Origin: Bernardetia sp. ABR2-2B
GTDB taxonomy: Bacteria; Bacteroidota; Bacteroidia; Cytophagales; Bernardetiaceae
Length of the DNA: 64,000 bases
Assembly (NCBI RefSeq): GCF_037126435.1
Contig: NZ_CP147020.1
Span: forward strand, 1,971,293-2,035,292
Direction: 5' to 3'
Part shown: one piece after another, positions 18,528-28,508 of the stretch
Numbering within the stretch: the stretch's first letter is position 1
Layout: every line of letters starts with the position of its first letter
Program-made: the position numbers and the translations under genes
The notes under the pieces: model-generated
Database searches by the model: none
Seen by the model: only the letters and a program-made list of their open reading frames with translations
Told to the model about the DNA's origin: nothing

Positions 18528-19415
18528 TTAAGCATTCGCTGTTTCTAAAACGTCTTTCATTGTTTTTCCAATATTTGCAGGAGAATCTACTACATGGATT
18601 CCACATTCACGCATAATACGCATTTTTGCTTCGGCTGTATCATCTGCACCTCCGATGATTGCACCTGCGTGTCCCATACGCTTTCCTTTAGGAGCTGTTT
18701 GTCCAGCAATAAAACCAACCACTGGTTTTTTATTCCCTGTTTCTTTAATCCAACGAGCAGCATTAGCTTCTAAGTTACCACCAATTTCTCCAATCATAAC
18801 GATTGCATCTGTTTCAGGGTCATTCATTAAAAGTTCTACTGCTTCTTTTGTAGTTGTTCCGATGATTGGGTCTCCACCGATTCCGATAGCTGTTGAGATT
18901 CCCATACCTGCTTTTACTACTTGGTCAGCAGCTTCATACGTCAAAGTTCCTGATTTAGAAACAATTCCGATTTTGCCTTGCTTAAATACAAAACCAGGCA
19001 TAATTCCTACCTTTGCTTCCCCTGGTGTAATTACCCCTGGGCAGTTAGGACCTACCAAACGGCAATCTTGTTTGTCCATTACATACGCCTTCGCTTTTAC
19101 CATATCTTGAACAGGAATTCCTTCTGTAATAGCAATAATTACTTTGATTCCAGCATCAGCAGCTTCCATAATTGCATCAGCAGCAAACGCAGGTGGAACA
19201 AAAATAATTGAAGTATCAGCTTTTGCACCTTCTACGGCATCAAGAACAGTATTGAAAACAGGCAAACCCAAGTGAGTTGAGCCACCTTTCCCTGGTGTAA
19301 CTCCACCTACTACATTTGTTCCGTATTCAATCATTTGCTCGGCGTGGAAAGAACCTTCTTTTCCTGTAAAACCTTGAACAATAATTTTAGAATCTTTATT
19401 TACAAGTACGCTCAT
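18528..19415 (-). CDS. sucD: succinate--CoA ligase [ADP-forming] subunit alpha
   Basis: Full-length 295 aa with the CoA-binding Rossmann fold and the phosphohistidine loop (…MGHAGAII…). Unambiguous family match. Confidence 0.9.
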   Translation of the reverse strand: MSVLVNKDSKIIVQGFTGKEGSFHAEQMIEYGTNVVGGVTPGKGGSTHLGLPVFNTVLDAVEGAKADTSIIFVPPAFAADAIMEAADAGIKVIIAITEGIPVQDMVKAKAYVMDKQDCRLVGPNCPGVITPGEAKVGIMPGFVFKQGKIGIVSKSGTLTYEAADQVVKAGMGISTAIGIGGDPIIGTTTKEAVELLMNDPETDAIVMIGEIGGNLEANAARWIKETGNKKPVVGFIAGQTAPKGKRMGHAGAIIGGADDTAEAKMRIMRECGIHVVDSPANIGKTMKDVLETANA

Positions 19416-19567
19416 AGTCTGTATAGTTATTTTTTGTGAGTGTAAAAAATGATATAGACAAAAATACCTTTTATTTTGATAAAATAATAATTATGAGATT
19501 GTGATTTTGGAAAAATGTTGGAAATTTGGTTCTTACAACATAAGACAATAGCAAACGTAAGTATTTC

Positions 19568-20107
19568 TCATTTCCAAATCTGAGTTCCTAATGTATCATC
19601 TACATCTCTATATTTAACTTTAGGCTTAATTGAAAGGTCTTCAACAATTTTACTATTTATATAAAAAATGTTTTTACAGTTTTGTGCATAAAAAGTTAAA
19701 GTGTCTAATTTCAGATTATTATTATCTATAAAAAAATCAATAGAAATATCAAACCTAATATCTTGTGCTTTATTAGGAGGAACTATGTATTCATCAAGTA
19801 TATCATCAAATAGTTCTATTGAATCTTTGTTACACACACAAAAAGCTTTATCTCTAGCGTTCTCTAAATTAGTGTTTTCTAAGGCTGCAAACATTTTAAA
19901 ATCTAAAATGATTGTATCTTTTGTATTATTGAAAAAACTATAATAGAAAAAAACATAAGGTAAATCTTCAATTTCTTTATTTTCGTGTTGATTAATAAAA
20001 ATGCTATCTAACTTTATTTCTACATTAGTAATTGGTTTAGAGTCATTACAAGATTGTAGTAAACATACCATAAAAAATATAATTATGAGCCTAGCTTTCT
20101 GTATCAT
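19568..20107 (-). CDS. hypothetical lipoprotein
   Basis: Signal peptide with lipobox (LLQSC). No recognisable domain. Confidence 0.45.
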   Translation of the reverse strand: MIQKARLIIIFFMVCLLQSCNDSKPITNVEIKLDSIFINQHENKEIEDLPYVFFYYSFFNNTKDTIILDFKMFAALENTNLENARDKAFCVCNKDSIELFDDILDEYIVPPNKAQDIRFDISIDFFIDNNNLKLDTLTFYAQNCKNIFYINSKIVEDLSIKPKVKYRDVDDTLGTQIWK

Positions 20108-20240
20108 TAAATTATCAGTTAGGTTATTTTTGCAATTTTAGTTGTAGAGCAAAACTGCTATTTTATTTAAAATACAAGGTTACGTCTGTAACTAAAATCC
20201 ATTAAATCTAAAAGGTAACTTAATTAGAAGTATTAATTCC

Positions 20241-20861
20241 TCACTCATTCTTCAAATGGTCTAAATACAATATTCCATCAAGGTGGTCTATTTCATGTTG
20301 AAAGATAACAGAAGTAAAACCATCAACAATTTCTTGATGTAACTTTCCATCTAAAGTCTGGTATTCAATTGTTATTTTGTCTGGACGAATTACTTTTTCT
20401 CTACGGTTTGGAATAGAAAGACAGCCTTCCATTGTTTCTTTTACTTCGTCGCTGTATTTGATGATTTTTGGATTGATATAGACTTCAAAAGGCATTTCTT
20501 CCTGCTCTTTATCAAAGCGTTTTACCCAAATAATACGTTTATTGATTCCTACTTGTGGCGCAGCAATTCCTACTCCCATTGAACTAGGATGACGAACCGT
20601 TTTGAAAAGTCGGTGTACGAAATAATGAATGGTTGTATCTGTAGGATTGAATTTTACTTCTTGAGATTTTTTTCTCAAAAATATAGAATCTTCTTTATTG
20701 GTAATTTTCCAAACACGCATGGCTTGACTAGAATCCTGCTCATAAATCAACTTTAATTCTTCTTCTGAAAAAAATGAAGTGCTAGAAGTAGAAGGTAGAT
20801 TTTTACAAGAATTGAGAGTAAGTAGTGCCAACAGAAAAAGGAAAAAATAATTTGATTTCAT
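20241..20861 (-). CDS. def: peptide deformylase with an N-terminal lipoprotein-type signal peptide and a ~60-aa extension
   Basis: All three PDF motifs are present: GVGIAAPQVG, EGCLSIP and HEIDHLDG. The N-terminus MKSNYFFLFLLALLTLNSC looks like signal peptide plus lipobox. The ORF track extends to 20891 with an apparent non-ATG start. Confidence 0.8.
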   Translation of the reverse strand: MKSNYFFLFLLALLTLNSCKNLPSTSSTSFFSEEELKLIYEQDSSQAMRVWKITNKEDSIFLRKKSQEVKFNPTDTTIHYFVHRLFKTVRHPSSMGVGIAAPQVGINKRIIWVKRFDKEQEEMPFEVYINPKIIKYSDEVKETMEGCLSIPNRREKVIRPDKITIEYQTLDGKLHQEIVDGFTSVIFQHEIDHLDGILYLDHLKNE

Positions 20862-20880
20862 TGTAATTGAATAAATAAAC

Positions 20881-20975
20881 GAAACCCACAACGGCTTTAG
20901 CCCTCAGCGAAGCTAATTTTAATCGTGGGGAAACAGCCTGTTTTGTTTCCCATAACTAAAGTTATGGGTTTCGTT
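20881..20975 (-). promoter_or_regulatory. multi-hairpin structured leader or attenuator immediately upstream of def
   Basis: Hairpin CCCATAAC-TTTA-GTTATGGG (8-bp stem), hairpin GGGAAACA…TGTTTCCC (8-bp stem), and a long-range ~13-bp pairing CGAAACCCA(C/T)AAC / GTTGTGGGTTTCG that excludes the first hairpin. A U-rich tract follows on the def strand. Confidence 0.3.
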
Positions 20976-21182
20976 GTTTGACTACATTAGTAAAGATTCT
21001 AAATTTAAGAAAATAGCATCAAAATAAACTAAAAAGTAAAAAAATAAGCAACTACATTTTATTGTAATTGCTTATTCTTCATTAATTGGAAGAGGGTATT
21101 TGTTCAATTATTTAATTATCATAGCTGGCTTTTTTCAGTTACCAGTTACCAGTAATTAGTAACCAGTTAATTTCTTTTGTTT

Positions 21183-22250
21183 TTAAAGTCTTATTCCGAA
21201 GCTAAAGGCATTTAGTTTTGGTAGATTAGAGTTTTCTGTAAAAAGTGTATTGACGTCATAATTAAAGAAAAGGCGAAGTCCACTATCAAATTTATCTTCT
21301 CCAATTCCGAGTTCTGCTCTTACTCCATATCTCCAATCATTCAAACGGAAATTAGAATGTTCTTTATCTTTCTGACGGTCGCCTCCATCGTGATAAACAA
21401 TTTTGGTATAACTGCCCACTCTATATCCTGCATAACCTCCAAAAGCTAATTTTAGACCTTTTCTATTATTTTCTGCAAAATCTAAATGCACCATCAAAGG
21501 CAAATTTATATAAGCAGCTGTCAGTTTTGATTTGTCTAAAGAAGTTTCATATTCAGGAAATTCAACTCCACTTCTTGTTTCTAAAGCATAATTATCTCCA
21601 GTAAACATAAAATTATTCCAAGATGCTTCTAAGCCATATTGTAACAACAGAGGACTTTTCTTTCCACCGACTTGAGTCTTGAACATTGTACCAAAAGCGA
21701 AGTAACGAGAACCCCAAGAACGCAATTCATATGGTTGTCCTGTTGGTGTTTCTCCAAAATTTCCATCTTGAAAATAATTATTCAATCCAAAATCAATCGG
21801 AATTTGATGGCGTGTTCTTCTCCAAAAATTATTTTTAGGTTTTCTTTCATCAATCTCTCCGTCACCATCATCATCGTGTTCTATGCGAATGCCTCTCAAA
21901 CCAAAAACAATAGTGCTTGTTTTGATATTTTCTTCAGAAGAATTTTCTTCTTTTATTTCACTTTCATCATTAGCTTCACTTTCATTCTCCGTTTCATTAT
22001 CATTGTTTTGATGTGCCTCTTCAAGATAATTAGCTGTTTTTTCCATAATCAAGTTCCAGTCAATATCACGAATTGCTTCGGCATCTTTTTGGTTCTGAAC
22101 ATAGACTGTTACTTTACTACTATCACCAAAATCAATAAGTATAGTGTCAGCTTTTGATTGAGCAGATGAGTTTGAGATACTAGAGAAAATAAATCCAGTT
22201 ATCAAAGTGAGTAATAAGAGTCCTCGCAAATTAATCTGCCTGAATTTCAT
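21183..22250 (-). CDS. outer-membrane beta-barrel protein with an acidic low-complexity insert (third gene of the ECF sigma operon)
   Basis: Signal peptide (MKFRQINLRGLLLLTLITGFIFSS…AQS), a D/E/N/S-rich stretch, a C-terminal amphipathic beta-strand pattern, and a final …FSFGIRL. The ORF track start at 22295 is 15 codons further upstream. Confidence 0.5.
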   Translation of the reverse strand: MKFRQINLRGLLLLTLITGFIFSSISNSSAQSKADTILIDFGDSSKVTVYVQNQKDAEAIRDIDWNLIMEKTANYLEEAHQNNDNETENESEANDESEIKEENSSEENIKTSTIVFGLRGIRIEHDDDGDGEIDERKPKNNFWRRTRHQIPIDFGLNNYFQDGNFGETPTGQPYELRSWGSRYFAFGTMFKTQVGGKKSPLLLQYGLEASWNNFMFTGDNYALETRSGVEFPEYETSLDKSKLTAAYINLPLMVHLDFAENNRKGLKLAFGGYAGYRVGSYTKIVYHDGGDRQKDKEHSNFRLNDWRYGVRAELGIGEDKFDSGLRLFFNYDVNTLFTENSNLPKLNAFSFGIRL

Positions 22251-23217
22251 TGTTTTGGTTAGATTGATTAGTTGTGTTTTCGTTTGCTTTTTCATTATTC
22301 GGAAGTATGTTTTGTAAATTAACTTTTTTGCCTGTTTTCAAATTCCAAACTTCTTTCAAGACATTTTTTGCTTTATCAAACTGCGAAGAATTTTGATTTT
22401 TCTCCATTCCTGTTGCCTGACTAGCATTTCCATAACTCTCATTATTTCCTACCTTAATTGTGATAGCAACCATCTGATTATCAATGTTTAATTGATGTAT
22501 ATCTGAATTTTGCTTTTCCTTTTTAAGAGAAGGATTAGAACTATGAACTACAAAATCACTTGCCCAAACATTATCTGAAATGTGCGTACTTGGATTAGTA
22601 AATCTTTTATCATTTATTTTATCCTGTGATTCTTGATTCTTGATTTTGGTTTGGTCTTTTTCCAAACTGGCTACTGCTCTTTCAATATGCTTTTGAGAAT
22701 TAATTCCTTTTACACCTTGATTTTTAGAGACCGTATTTTTTGTATTAATTGTTGGGGGTATTTGTTGCTTATTAGATGCAATTACTTTTGAAGAGGTTGC
22801 GTCAGTATTTTGATTTTCTTTTTTATTTTCTAAATCATTTATAGAAGAATTAGAAGTAACGGATGTGACCCTATTTTTTTCATTCAAATCATTTACAACT
22901 TCTGTTTGAGAAGAGTTTGCAATCGTATTTGAGTTTATATCTACATTATTTGAAGTAGAAGGATTAAAAAATACAGCCCAAATCACAAGTGATGCAGCAA
23001 CGCCACTTACAGCCGACCAAAGAGGAAGGTAAGAACGTTTAGTAATCGATTTGGTAATGGGAGCAACTGTTCCTTTCTTATCTGCTAATCCGTGCTGAAT
23101 TCTTCTCCAAACGTGGTCTTCGGTAGGAACAGCATGATTCTGTAAGGCTTCTTTAAAAAGAAGGTCTAAATCAGAATCCGAATTATTTGTAGAAAATTTA
23201 TTTTTTTGATTGTCCAT
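22231..23217 (-). CDS. putative membrane-spanning anti-sigma factor
   Basis: Lies immediately downstream of the ECF sigma gene. Has a cytoplasmic N-terminus, one TM helix (LWSAVSGVAASLVIWAVFF), and a low-complexity N/S/T/Q-rich periplasmic region. No FecR signature. Confidence 0.45.
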   Translation of the reverse strand: MDNQKNKFSTNNSDSDLDLLFKEALQNHAVPTEDHVWRRIQHGLADKKGTVAPITKSITKRSYLPLWSAVSGVAASLVIWAVFFNPSTSNNVDINSNTIANSSQTEVVNDLNEKNRVTSVTSNSSINDLENKKENQNTDATSSKVIASNKQQIPPTINTKNTVSKNQGVKGINSQKHIERAVASLEKDQTKIKNQESQDKINDKRFTNPSTHISDNVWASDFVVHSSNPSLKKEKQNSDIHQLNIDNQMVAITIKVGNNESYGNASQATGMEKNQNSSQFDKAKNVLKEVWNLKTGKKVNLQNILPNNEKANENTTNQSNQNNEIQAD

Positions 23218-23295
23218 AGGACTTATATATTTAAAAAGATTTTTTGAAATCTTTATGTAAAAGACAAAATTATTATTGTTGTATATTCTTAGCTT

Positions 23296-23910
23296 TTATA
23301 GTACAAAGCTGTTAATAGATTGATTATTCAAAGTATCATCTGTATTTGTATCTATTTGCTCCAGCCATTTTTTCAGTAATGCCCTTGCTCTACTAAGTTG
23401 AGATTTTGAAGTATTTTCAGAAACTCCTAATTTTTCAGCAATTTCTTTGTGTGAAAACCCTTCAATAGCATACATATTAAAAACAGTTCGGTAGCCATCA
23501 GGCAATTGCTTGACCAATGCTAGTAAATCATTTGTTTCTAAAGCCGTAGAAGCAGGGTTATTTTTTCCCTTATAATCTGCGTTTTCTATTTCTTCCATAA
23601 ACACTTTTTTGCGTTTTCGGATAAGACCTAAAGCTTCATTACTTACAATTCTTCTAATCCAACCTTCAAAACTTCCTTCACCTTTGAAAGAATCCAAATG
23701 CTCAAAAACTTTCATAAAAGCAGTAACTAGCACGTCTTCGGCTTCATGATGATTACCTACATAGCGCAGAGCGACACCAAACATTTTACCAGAATGCTGT
23801 TCATAAAGTTGTTTTTGTGCTTTACTACTGCCATTCTTACAGGCTTCTATCAGTTCGCTTTCTGATAAATCTTGAGTAGAGCGTTCTTTATTGCGAAGAA
23901 ATCCGAACAT
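23296..23910 (-). CDS. RNA polymerase ECF-type sigma-70 factor
   Basis: Region 2 (…HEAEDVLVTAFMKVFEHLDSF…) and region 4 HTH (…FSHKEIAEKLGVSENTSKSQLSRARALLKKWL). Confidence 0.85.
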   Translation of the reverse strand: MFGFLRNKERSTQDLSESELIEACKNGSSKAQKQLYEQHSGKMFGVALRYVGNHHEAEDVLVTAFMKVFEHLDSFKGEGSFEGWIRRIVSNEALGLIRKRKKVFMEEIENADYKGKNNPASTALETNDLLALVKQLPDGYRTVFNMYAIEGFSHKEIAEKLGVSENTSKSQLSRARALLKKWLEQIDTNTDDTLNNQSINSFVL

Positions 23911-24069
23911 AAAATTATTTCATAAAAAAGGTTGAATACGTATTTCAAAATTTATTTAAAAATACGCCAGATATAAGTTGTTTTTGTTTCTTGCTTTAAT
24001 AGATGTAAAAGCTTTTGGAAAGGTTGCGTGGACTATGAAAAATTTTTAAAATAAAGTATCTAGATAAAA

Positions 24070-24696
24070 TTATCCATTCAAAAACTCTACTTGTGTATGT
24101 GTTTCAAATACTTTCAACTTGCTAATACTGCCATAATCAATCGAAACAGAAAAAGCCCTTTGCAGAGGAATCTCTAAAGCATAACACAAAATAGAACGAA
24201 TAACTCCTGCATGACAAACAATAAAAGCAATTTTTCCTTTTTGTGATTTAATATTTTTTTGCCAAAAATCAATCACACGCTCATTCAAAATCTCAAAACT
24301 TTCTCCATTTGGGGCAAACTCTGTTACAAAATTATCTGTCCATACTTTCAGCTCTTCTTCATTTATTTCGTTCCACTTTTTGAGTTCCCAATCTCCAAAA
24401 TTCATTTCTTTCAATTTATCATTTTCCTTTACTTTGGATTTGAAATTATTTTGAATAAATACATTCAAATCTTTAGCTAGAACAGAACAGCGTTGTAACG
24501 GACTTGTATAAATTTCTATTTCTTGTTTTGATTTGTCTTTGTTTTTCAAATACTGTTTTTGAAGTCTTTGGAGTAACTTTTCTGACAAAATAGTAAGTTC
24601 TTCTTGATAAGAATCTGTAACCTCCAAATCTGAAAAACCATAACAAACTCCCTTTTCTATTTTTGGTGTGGTATGACGAATAAGATAAACTTCCAT
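24070..24696 (-). CDS. histidine phosphatase family protein (phosphoglycerate mutase-like / CobC-like)
   Basis: N-terminal YLIRHTTP matches the RHG-type catalytic motif. C-terminal CHAGVIRSIL matches the conserved HGGxIR block. The ORF track start at 24732 adds 12 residues. Confidence 0.7.
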   Translation of the reverse strand: MEVYLIRHTTPKIEKGVCYGFSDLEVTDSYQEELTILSEKLLQRLQKQYLKNKDKSKQEIEIYTSPLQRCSVLAKDLNVFIQNNFKSKVKENDKLKEMNFGDWELKKWNEINEEELKVWTDNFVTEFAPNGESFEILNERVIDFWQKNIKSQKGKIAFIVCHAGVIRSILCYALEIPLQRAFSVSIDYGSISKLKVFETHTQVEFLNG

Positions 24697-24773
24697 TGTG
24701 ATTTGTTTTTGGTTGGACAATAAAAAAGACACTCTAAGAAGTGTCTTGAAGAATTTTGAGCGTGTTTTTTATA

Positions 24774-25325
24774 TTATTCTAATGTTTTTAGAAGCTCCCA
24801 TTTGTCGTATTCTTCTTCCATTTCTTCATAAACTTCTTTTCCATAAAACTCTATTTTGTCTTCTTTTTTGATAGCATAAAAATTTTCTCCTGCACCTGCC
24901 CACCAACACGCACATGCCCAAGTTGCATCAGTTGGAACTTTCATTGATTCATAGTTTTCTTTTTCTACTACATTGCAGTTTGAAGCTCTAGCCAATTCTA
25001 TATCTTTTCCATTTATAGTTGCTGTAATAGTGCTTTCATTTCCATTAATATCATCTTCTACATTAGAAATGAGAAAGGTAATTTCCATCTCTTGCTTTTC
25101 TTCTGCAATTCTGATTTCTTGATTTTCACTTGCATTTGCTTCTGTTGTGGTAGATTCAGAATTTGTATCAGAACTAGTAGTTGATTGACAGGAAAAAAAA
25201 CCAAAACAACATAATAAACTTGATAAAACGAAGCATTGAATAGATTTTAAATAATTGCTTTTCATAAAAGATGGGTTTGACTGAAAGTTCGAAATAATGA
25301 GTTGGGAGAAATAACGCCTTTTCAA
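24774..25325 (-). CDS. hypothetical secreted protein (Cys/Trp-rich C-terminal module)
   Basis: Signal peptide, Ser/Thr/Glu-rich linker, then …TDATWACACWWAGAGENFY…. No family recognised. Confidence 0.4.
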   Translation of the reverse strand: MKRRYFSQLIISNFQSNPSFMKSNYLKSIQCFVLSSLLCCFGFFSCQSTTSSDTNSESTTTEANASENQEIRIAEEKQEMEITFLISNVEDDINGNESTITATINGKDIELARASNCNVVEKENYESMKVPTDATWACACWWAGAGENFYAIKKEDKIEFYGKEVYEEMEEEYDKWELLKTLE

Positions 25326-25475
25326 AAATACATTTTTTTACTCAAATCTTGAAATTCTGTCTATAAAAATTTAGTTCAAACAATCTACTCAAAATTGCTG
25401 TTTAGTTTTTTTATTTCTAGCTTAATCAAGAGAAATAATCTATTTTTTAATCTTACATTTTTACTCTCTCTTTAT

Positions 25476-26390
25476 ATGGATGCAGCCGAAGAAATACAAG
25501 CAAAACTAGTTTCCTATTGGCATATACTTTTAGAAAGTGTTCCAAGAATTGCTCTTTCTATTATCGTAACAACTGTTTTTATTCTTGTTGCTATCGGAAT
25601 TACGAAGCTTTTTCGTAAGAAAATGATGCAAAAAGCTGAAAACAAACTAGTTGTTGATTATGTAGTTCGCCTTGTAAAAACGCTGCTTATTTTAGCAGGA
25701 GTTATTTTGGGATTACATACTATGGGACTTACAGGAATAGCTGGAGGACTTTTGGCAGGTGCAGGAGCTGGTGCAGTAATTTTAGGTTTTGCCTTCAAAG
25801 AAATTGGAGAAAACTTTTTGGCAGGAATCATTTTAGTTTTTGACCGTCCTTTTAATTTGGGCGATACCGTAACCGTTGAGGGAAATATGGGCAAAATAGT
25901 TTCTCTTAATTTCAGAACGACGCAAATGAAAACCTTTGACGGACGTGATGTTTATATTCCCAATATTTTAGTAATTACAAATGAGGTATATAATCACACA
26001 CAAGATGGATTTTTGCGTTTGGATTTTTTGATAGGCATTGATTATGATGATGATGTAAAGGAAGCTATTAAAGGAATTACAGAAATTGTTAATTCAAATA
26101 AAGAGGTCTTGAAAGATGAAAAAACGATTGTTTTGATAGATGAATTTGCAGCCAGTACCGTCAATTTGAAGGTTATGTTTTGGGTAAATACCTTAGATTA
26201 TAAAGTTTCAGCCTTAGAGACCAAAACAGAAATTATGCGAACCGTCAAAAACTTTCTTCTTGAAAACAAATTTGGTCTTCCTGCCAACATTCAAGAATTT
26301 AAGATGTATAAGCCAGACCCAATTCCTATTATTATCAAACACGAAGGAAAGAATCAAGATAATTCTATTTCTCTGACAAAAAATGATTAA
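25476..26390 (+). CDS. mechanosensitive ion channel family protein (MscS-like)
   Basis: Three TM helices followed by the conserved MscS beta-domain (…FDRPFNLGDTVTVEGNMGKIVSLNFRTTQMKTFDGRDVYIPN…). The ORF track start at 25395 is a TTG; the first ATG is at 25476. Confidence 0.8.
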   Translation: MDAAEEIQAKLVSYWHILLESVPRIALSIIVTTVFILVAIGITKLFRKKMMQKAENKLVVDYVVRLVKTLLILAGVILGLHTMGLTGIAGGLLAGAGAGAVILGFAFKEIGENFLAGIILVFDRPFNLGDTVTVEGNMGKIVSLNFRTTQMKTFDGRDVYIPNILVITNEVYNHTQDGFLRLDFLIGIDYDDDVKEAIKGITEIVNSNKEVLKDEKTIVLIDEFAASTVNLKVMFWVNTLDYKVSALETKTEIMRTVKNFLLENKFGLPANIQEFKMYKPDPIPIIIKHEGKNQDNSISLTKND

Positions 26391-26428
26391 TTTTGAATAA
26401 AATCTGTACAACTTATTTTCTATAAACT

Positions 26429-27394
26429 ATGGCTTCTAATTTTCCAACTAATTCTAATCAAGATATTTTTGAACAAGACTTGCGCCTAGCAGCCATTGAT
26501 ATTGGTTCGAATGCGCTTCGTTTGCATATCAGTAGAGTTCGTTTTTCTGAAAAAGAAAGTATTCCTAGTTTTAAAAGAATTGAGCAGGTTCGTTTTCCTC
26601 TCCGATTAGGAACTGATGTTTTTAGTCTTTCTCACAAAATTAGTCCAAAAAATGAAGAAAAATTTCTTCAAGTAATGCACGTTTTCAAGCAGGTAATGGA
26701 AGTTTTTGAAGTCAAAGATTATATGGCTTGTGCTACTTCTGCAATGAGAGAAGCCAAAAATGGAAAAGAACTTGTTGAAAGAGTAAAGCAAGAAGTCGGT
26801 ATTCCGATAAATATTATTAGTGGAGATATGGAAGCAGAATTGATTAATAAATCTATTTTGAGTTATGTTTCGACTGAAAATTTTGTTCATATTGATGTTG
26901 GGGGAGGAAGCACAGAAGTAAATATTTATCATAATCTTGAAAAAACAGATGCACATTCTTTTGATATGGGTTCAGTTCGTTCGATTACGACAGATAAAAA
27001 AACTGCAACAAAAGAATTTATAGAAAAAGAAGATAAGAATCTTAAAGATTGGATTCAGAAGGCAGTAAAGCCATTTTCAACTACCGTAAATGCTGTCGGA
27101 ACAGGAGGAAATATTAATAAACTCTACGACCTTTCGAAAAACTCAAAAAGTGGAAAGTCATTGAGTATTAAAGAAATGGAGCGTTTATACAAGGAACTCA
27201 AGAAAAGAAATTATCAAGAAAGAATTAGAGATTTTGGTTTGAATGATGATAGAGCTGATGTGATTCTTCCAGCAACAGAAATTTATTTAAAGGTCATGAA
27301 AGCAGCAGGAATCAAGGAAATTATAGTTCCTAAAGTGGGTTTGAGAGAAGGAATTATACAACATTTGTTTGAGAAAAATAATGTTTTTCATTGA
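26429..27394 (+). CDS. exopolyphosphatase / guanosine pentaphosphate phosphohydrolase (Ppx/GppA family)
   Basis: N-terminal AIDIGSNALRLHI phosphate-1 motif, and DVGGGSTE corresponding to the DIGGGTTE block. Length 321 aa, so only the N-terminal sugar-kinase-fold half. Confidence 0.75.
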   Translation: MASNFPTNSNQDIFEQDLRLAAIDIGSNALRLHISRVRFSEKESIPSFKRIEQVRFPLRLGTDVFSLSHKISPKNEEKFLQVMHVFKQVMEVFEVKDYMACATSAMREAKNGKELVERVKQEVGIPINIISGDMEAELINKSILSYVSTENFVHIDVGGGSTEVNIYHNLEKTDAHSFDMGSVRSITTDKKTATKEFIEKEDKNLKDWIQKAVKPFSTTVNAVGTGGNINKLYDLSKNSKSGKSLSIKEMERLYKELKKRNYQERIRDFGLNDDRADVILPATEIYLKVMKAAGIKEIIVPKVGLREGIIQHLFEKNNVFH

Positions 27395-27556
27395 TTCTAT
27401 TTTCAAAAAAGTAATTTTTAAAGCTAATCTAATTCTTTTTAGGTTAGCTTTTTTGTTGGTCATTTGTAGATACATAACCAAACTATTTATTAACAACGTA
27501 CGTACAATATAATAAATCTTAATTTTTAATTTAACTACTTTCCTTAATTTTATTCC

Positions 27557-28465
27557 ATGAAATATATCAATTTTGTATTTAGTCTTTTCATCTGCTCGTT
27601 ATTTTTTAGTTGTGGTTCTGATACGTATGAAAGAGAATTAGAAAAATCTAAACATGAAAATAAAGAAACAATGCGTTTCGAACTTGGCTTGGATTTGACT
27701 TTAGATGGTAAAAATATATCAGCACTAAACTGCAAAAATCCGATTGATAATGTTCGCCTTGAAAAAATACTGGAAGAAATAGAAGACAACTTCTTTGATG
27801 AGAGCAAACTTGAAACAGCAAAAGAATTGACCTTAGAAAACTGCCTTACCGTTTATCAGATTACTTCAATCTTAACTTATTTAGATGAATATGATAGAAT
27901 GGAATTTGTTCGTTTTTCGTATGGAAGAACTTCTGAAAGACACCTTTTTTATAAAATAAAAGGAATGATAAATGAAGAACAACACGAAGAGTTCGAACTC
28001 TTATATCAAAACTCATCAACATCACAAACTAAAAAACAAGTAAAAAGTAGAGAAAAGACTAAAGAAAAAACTTCTGAGCAAGATGAAACCGAAAGTATAG
28101 AAAATCAGTCGACTTGTGAGGGAAGTAGTATTAATGATGAAAAATTTGAAAAGGTAATTTCTGCAATTTCGGAAGGACACATGGCTGATGATAAAGTAAA
28201 AATTGCAAAGAGAATAATTTCAGAAAACTGCATTACTGTTTATCAACTGATAGATATTTTAGATATTATTCAAATGCCTGATGAGCAAGTTATTTTTGCC
28301 AAATATGCTTACAAAAGAGTAATCAATAAATCAGATTTTTGTGATGTCAAAAAAGCTATTATTTCTCCTATGCACCATGTAAAAATAACTGATTTCTGTA
28401 AGAGAAAAGGCATAAACTGCGAATCATCAGGGCAGTTAGAAGACCTTTTTGAGAATGCTTTTTAG
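27557..28465 (+). CDS. lipoprotein with two tandem DUF4476-like repeats
   Basis: Signal peptide plus Cys. Two ~95-aa internal repeats (…ENCLTVYQITSILTYLDEYDRMEFVRFSY… and …ENCITVYQLIDILDIIQMPDEQVIFAKYAY…). Confidence 0.55.
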   Translation: MKYINFVFSLFICSLFFSCGSDTYERELEKSKHENKETMRFELGLDLTLDGKNISALNCKNPIDNVRLEKILEEIEDNFFDESKLETAKELTLENCLTVYQITSILTYLDEYDRMEFVRFSYGRTSERHLFYKIKGMINEEQHEEFELLYQNSSTSQTKKQVKSREKTKEKTSEQDETESIENQSTCEGSSINDEKFEKVISAISEGHMADDKVKIAKRIISENCITVYQLIDILDIIQMPDEQVIFAKYAYKRVINKSDFCDVKKAIISPMHHVKITDFCKRKGINCESSGQLEDLFENAF

Positions 28466-28508
28466 GAAAAAGGACAAGTCATGACTTGTCCCTACAAAAA
28501 AATATATT

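Noticed and set aside
18655-19211. ORFs 18655..19110 and 18978..19211 inside sucD
   Set aside because: They are shadow ORFs within a highly conserved housekeeping gene.
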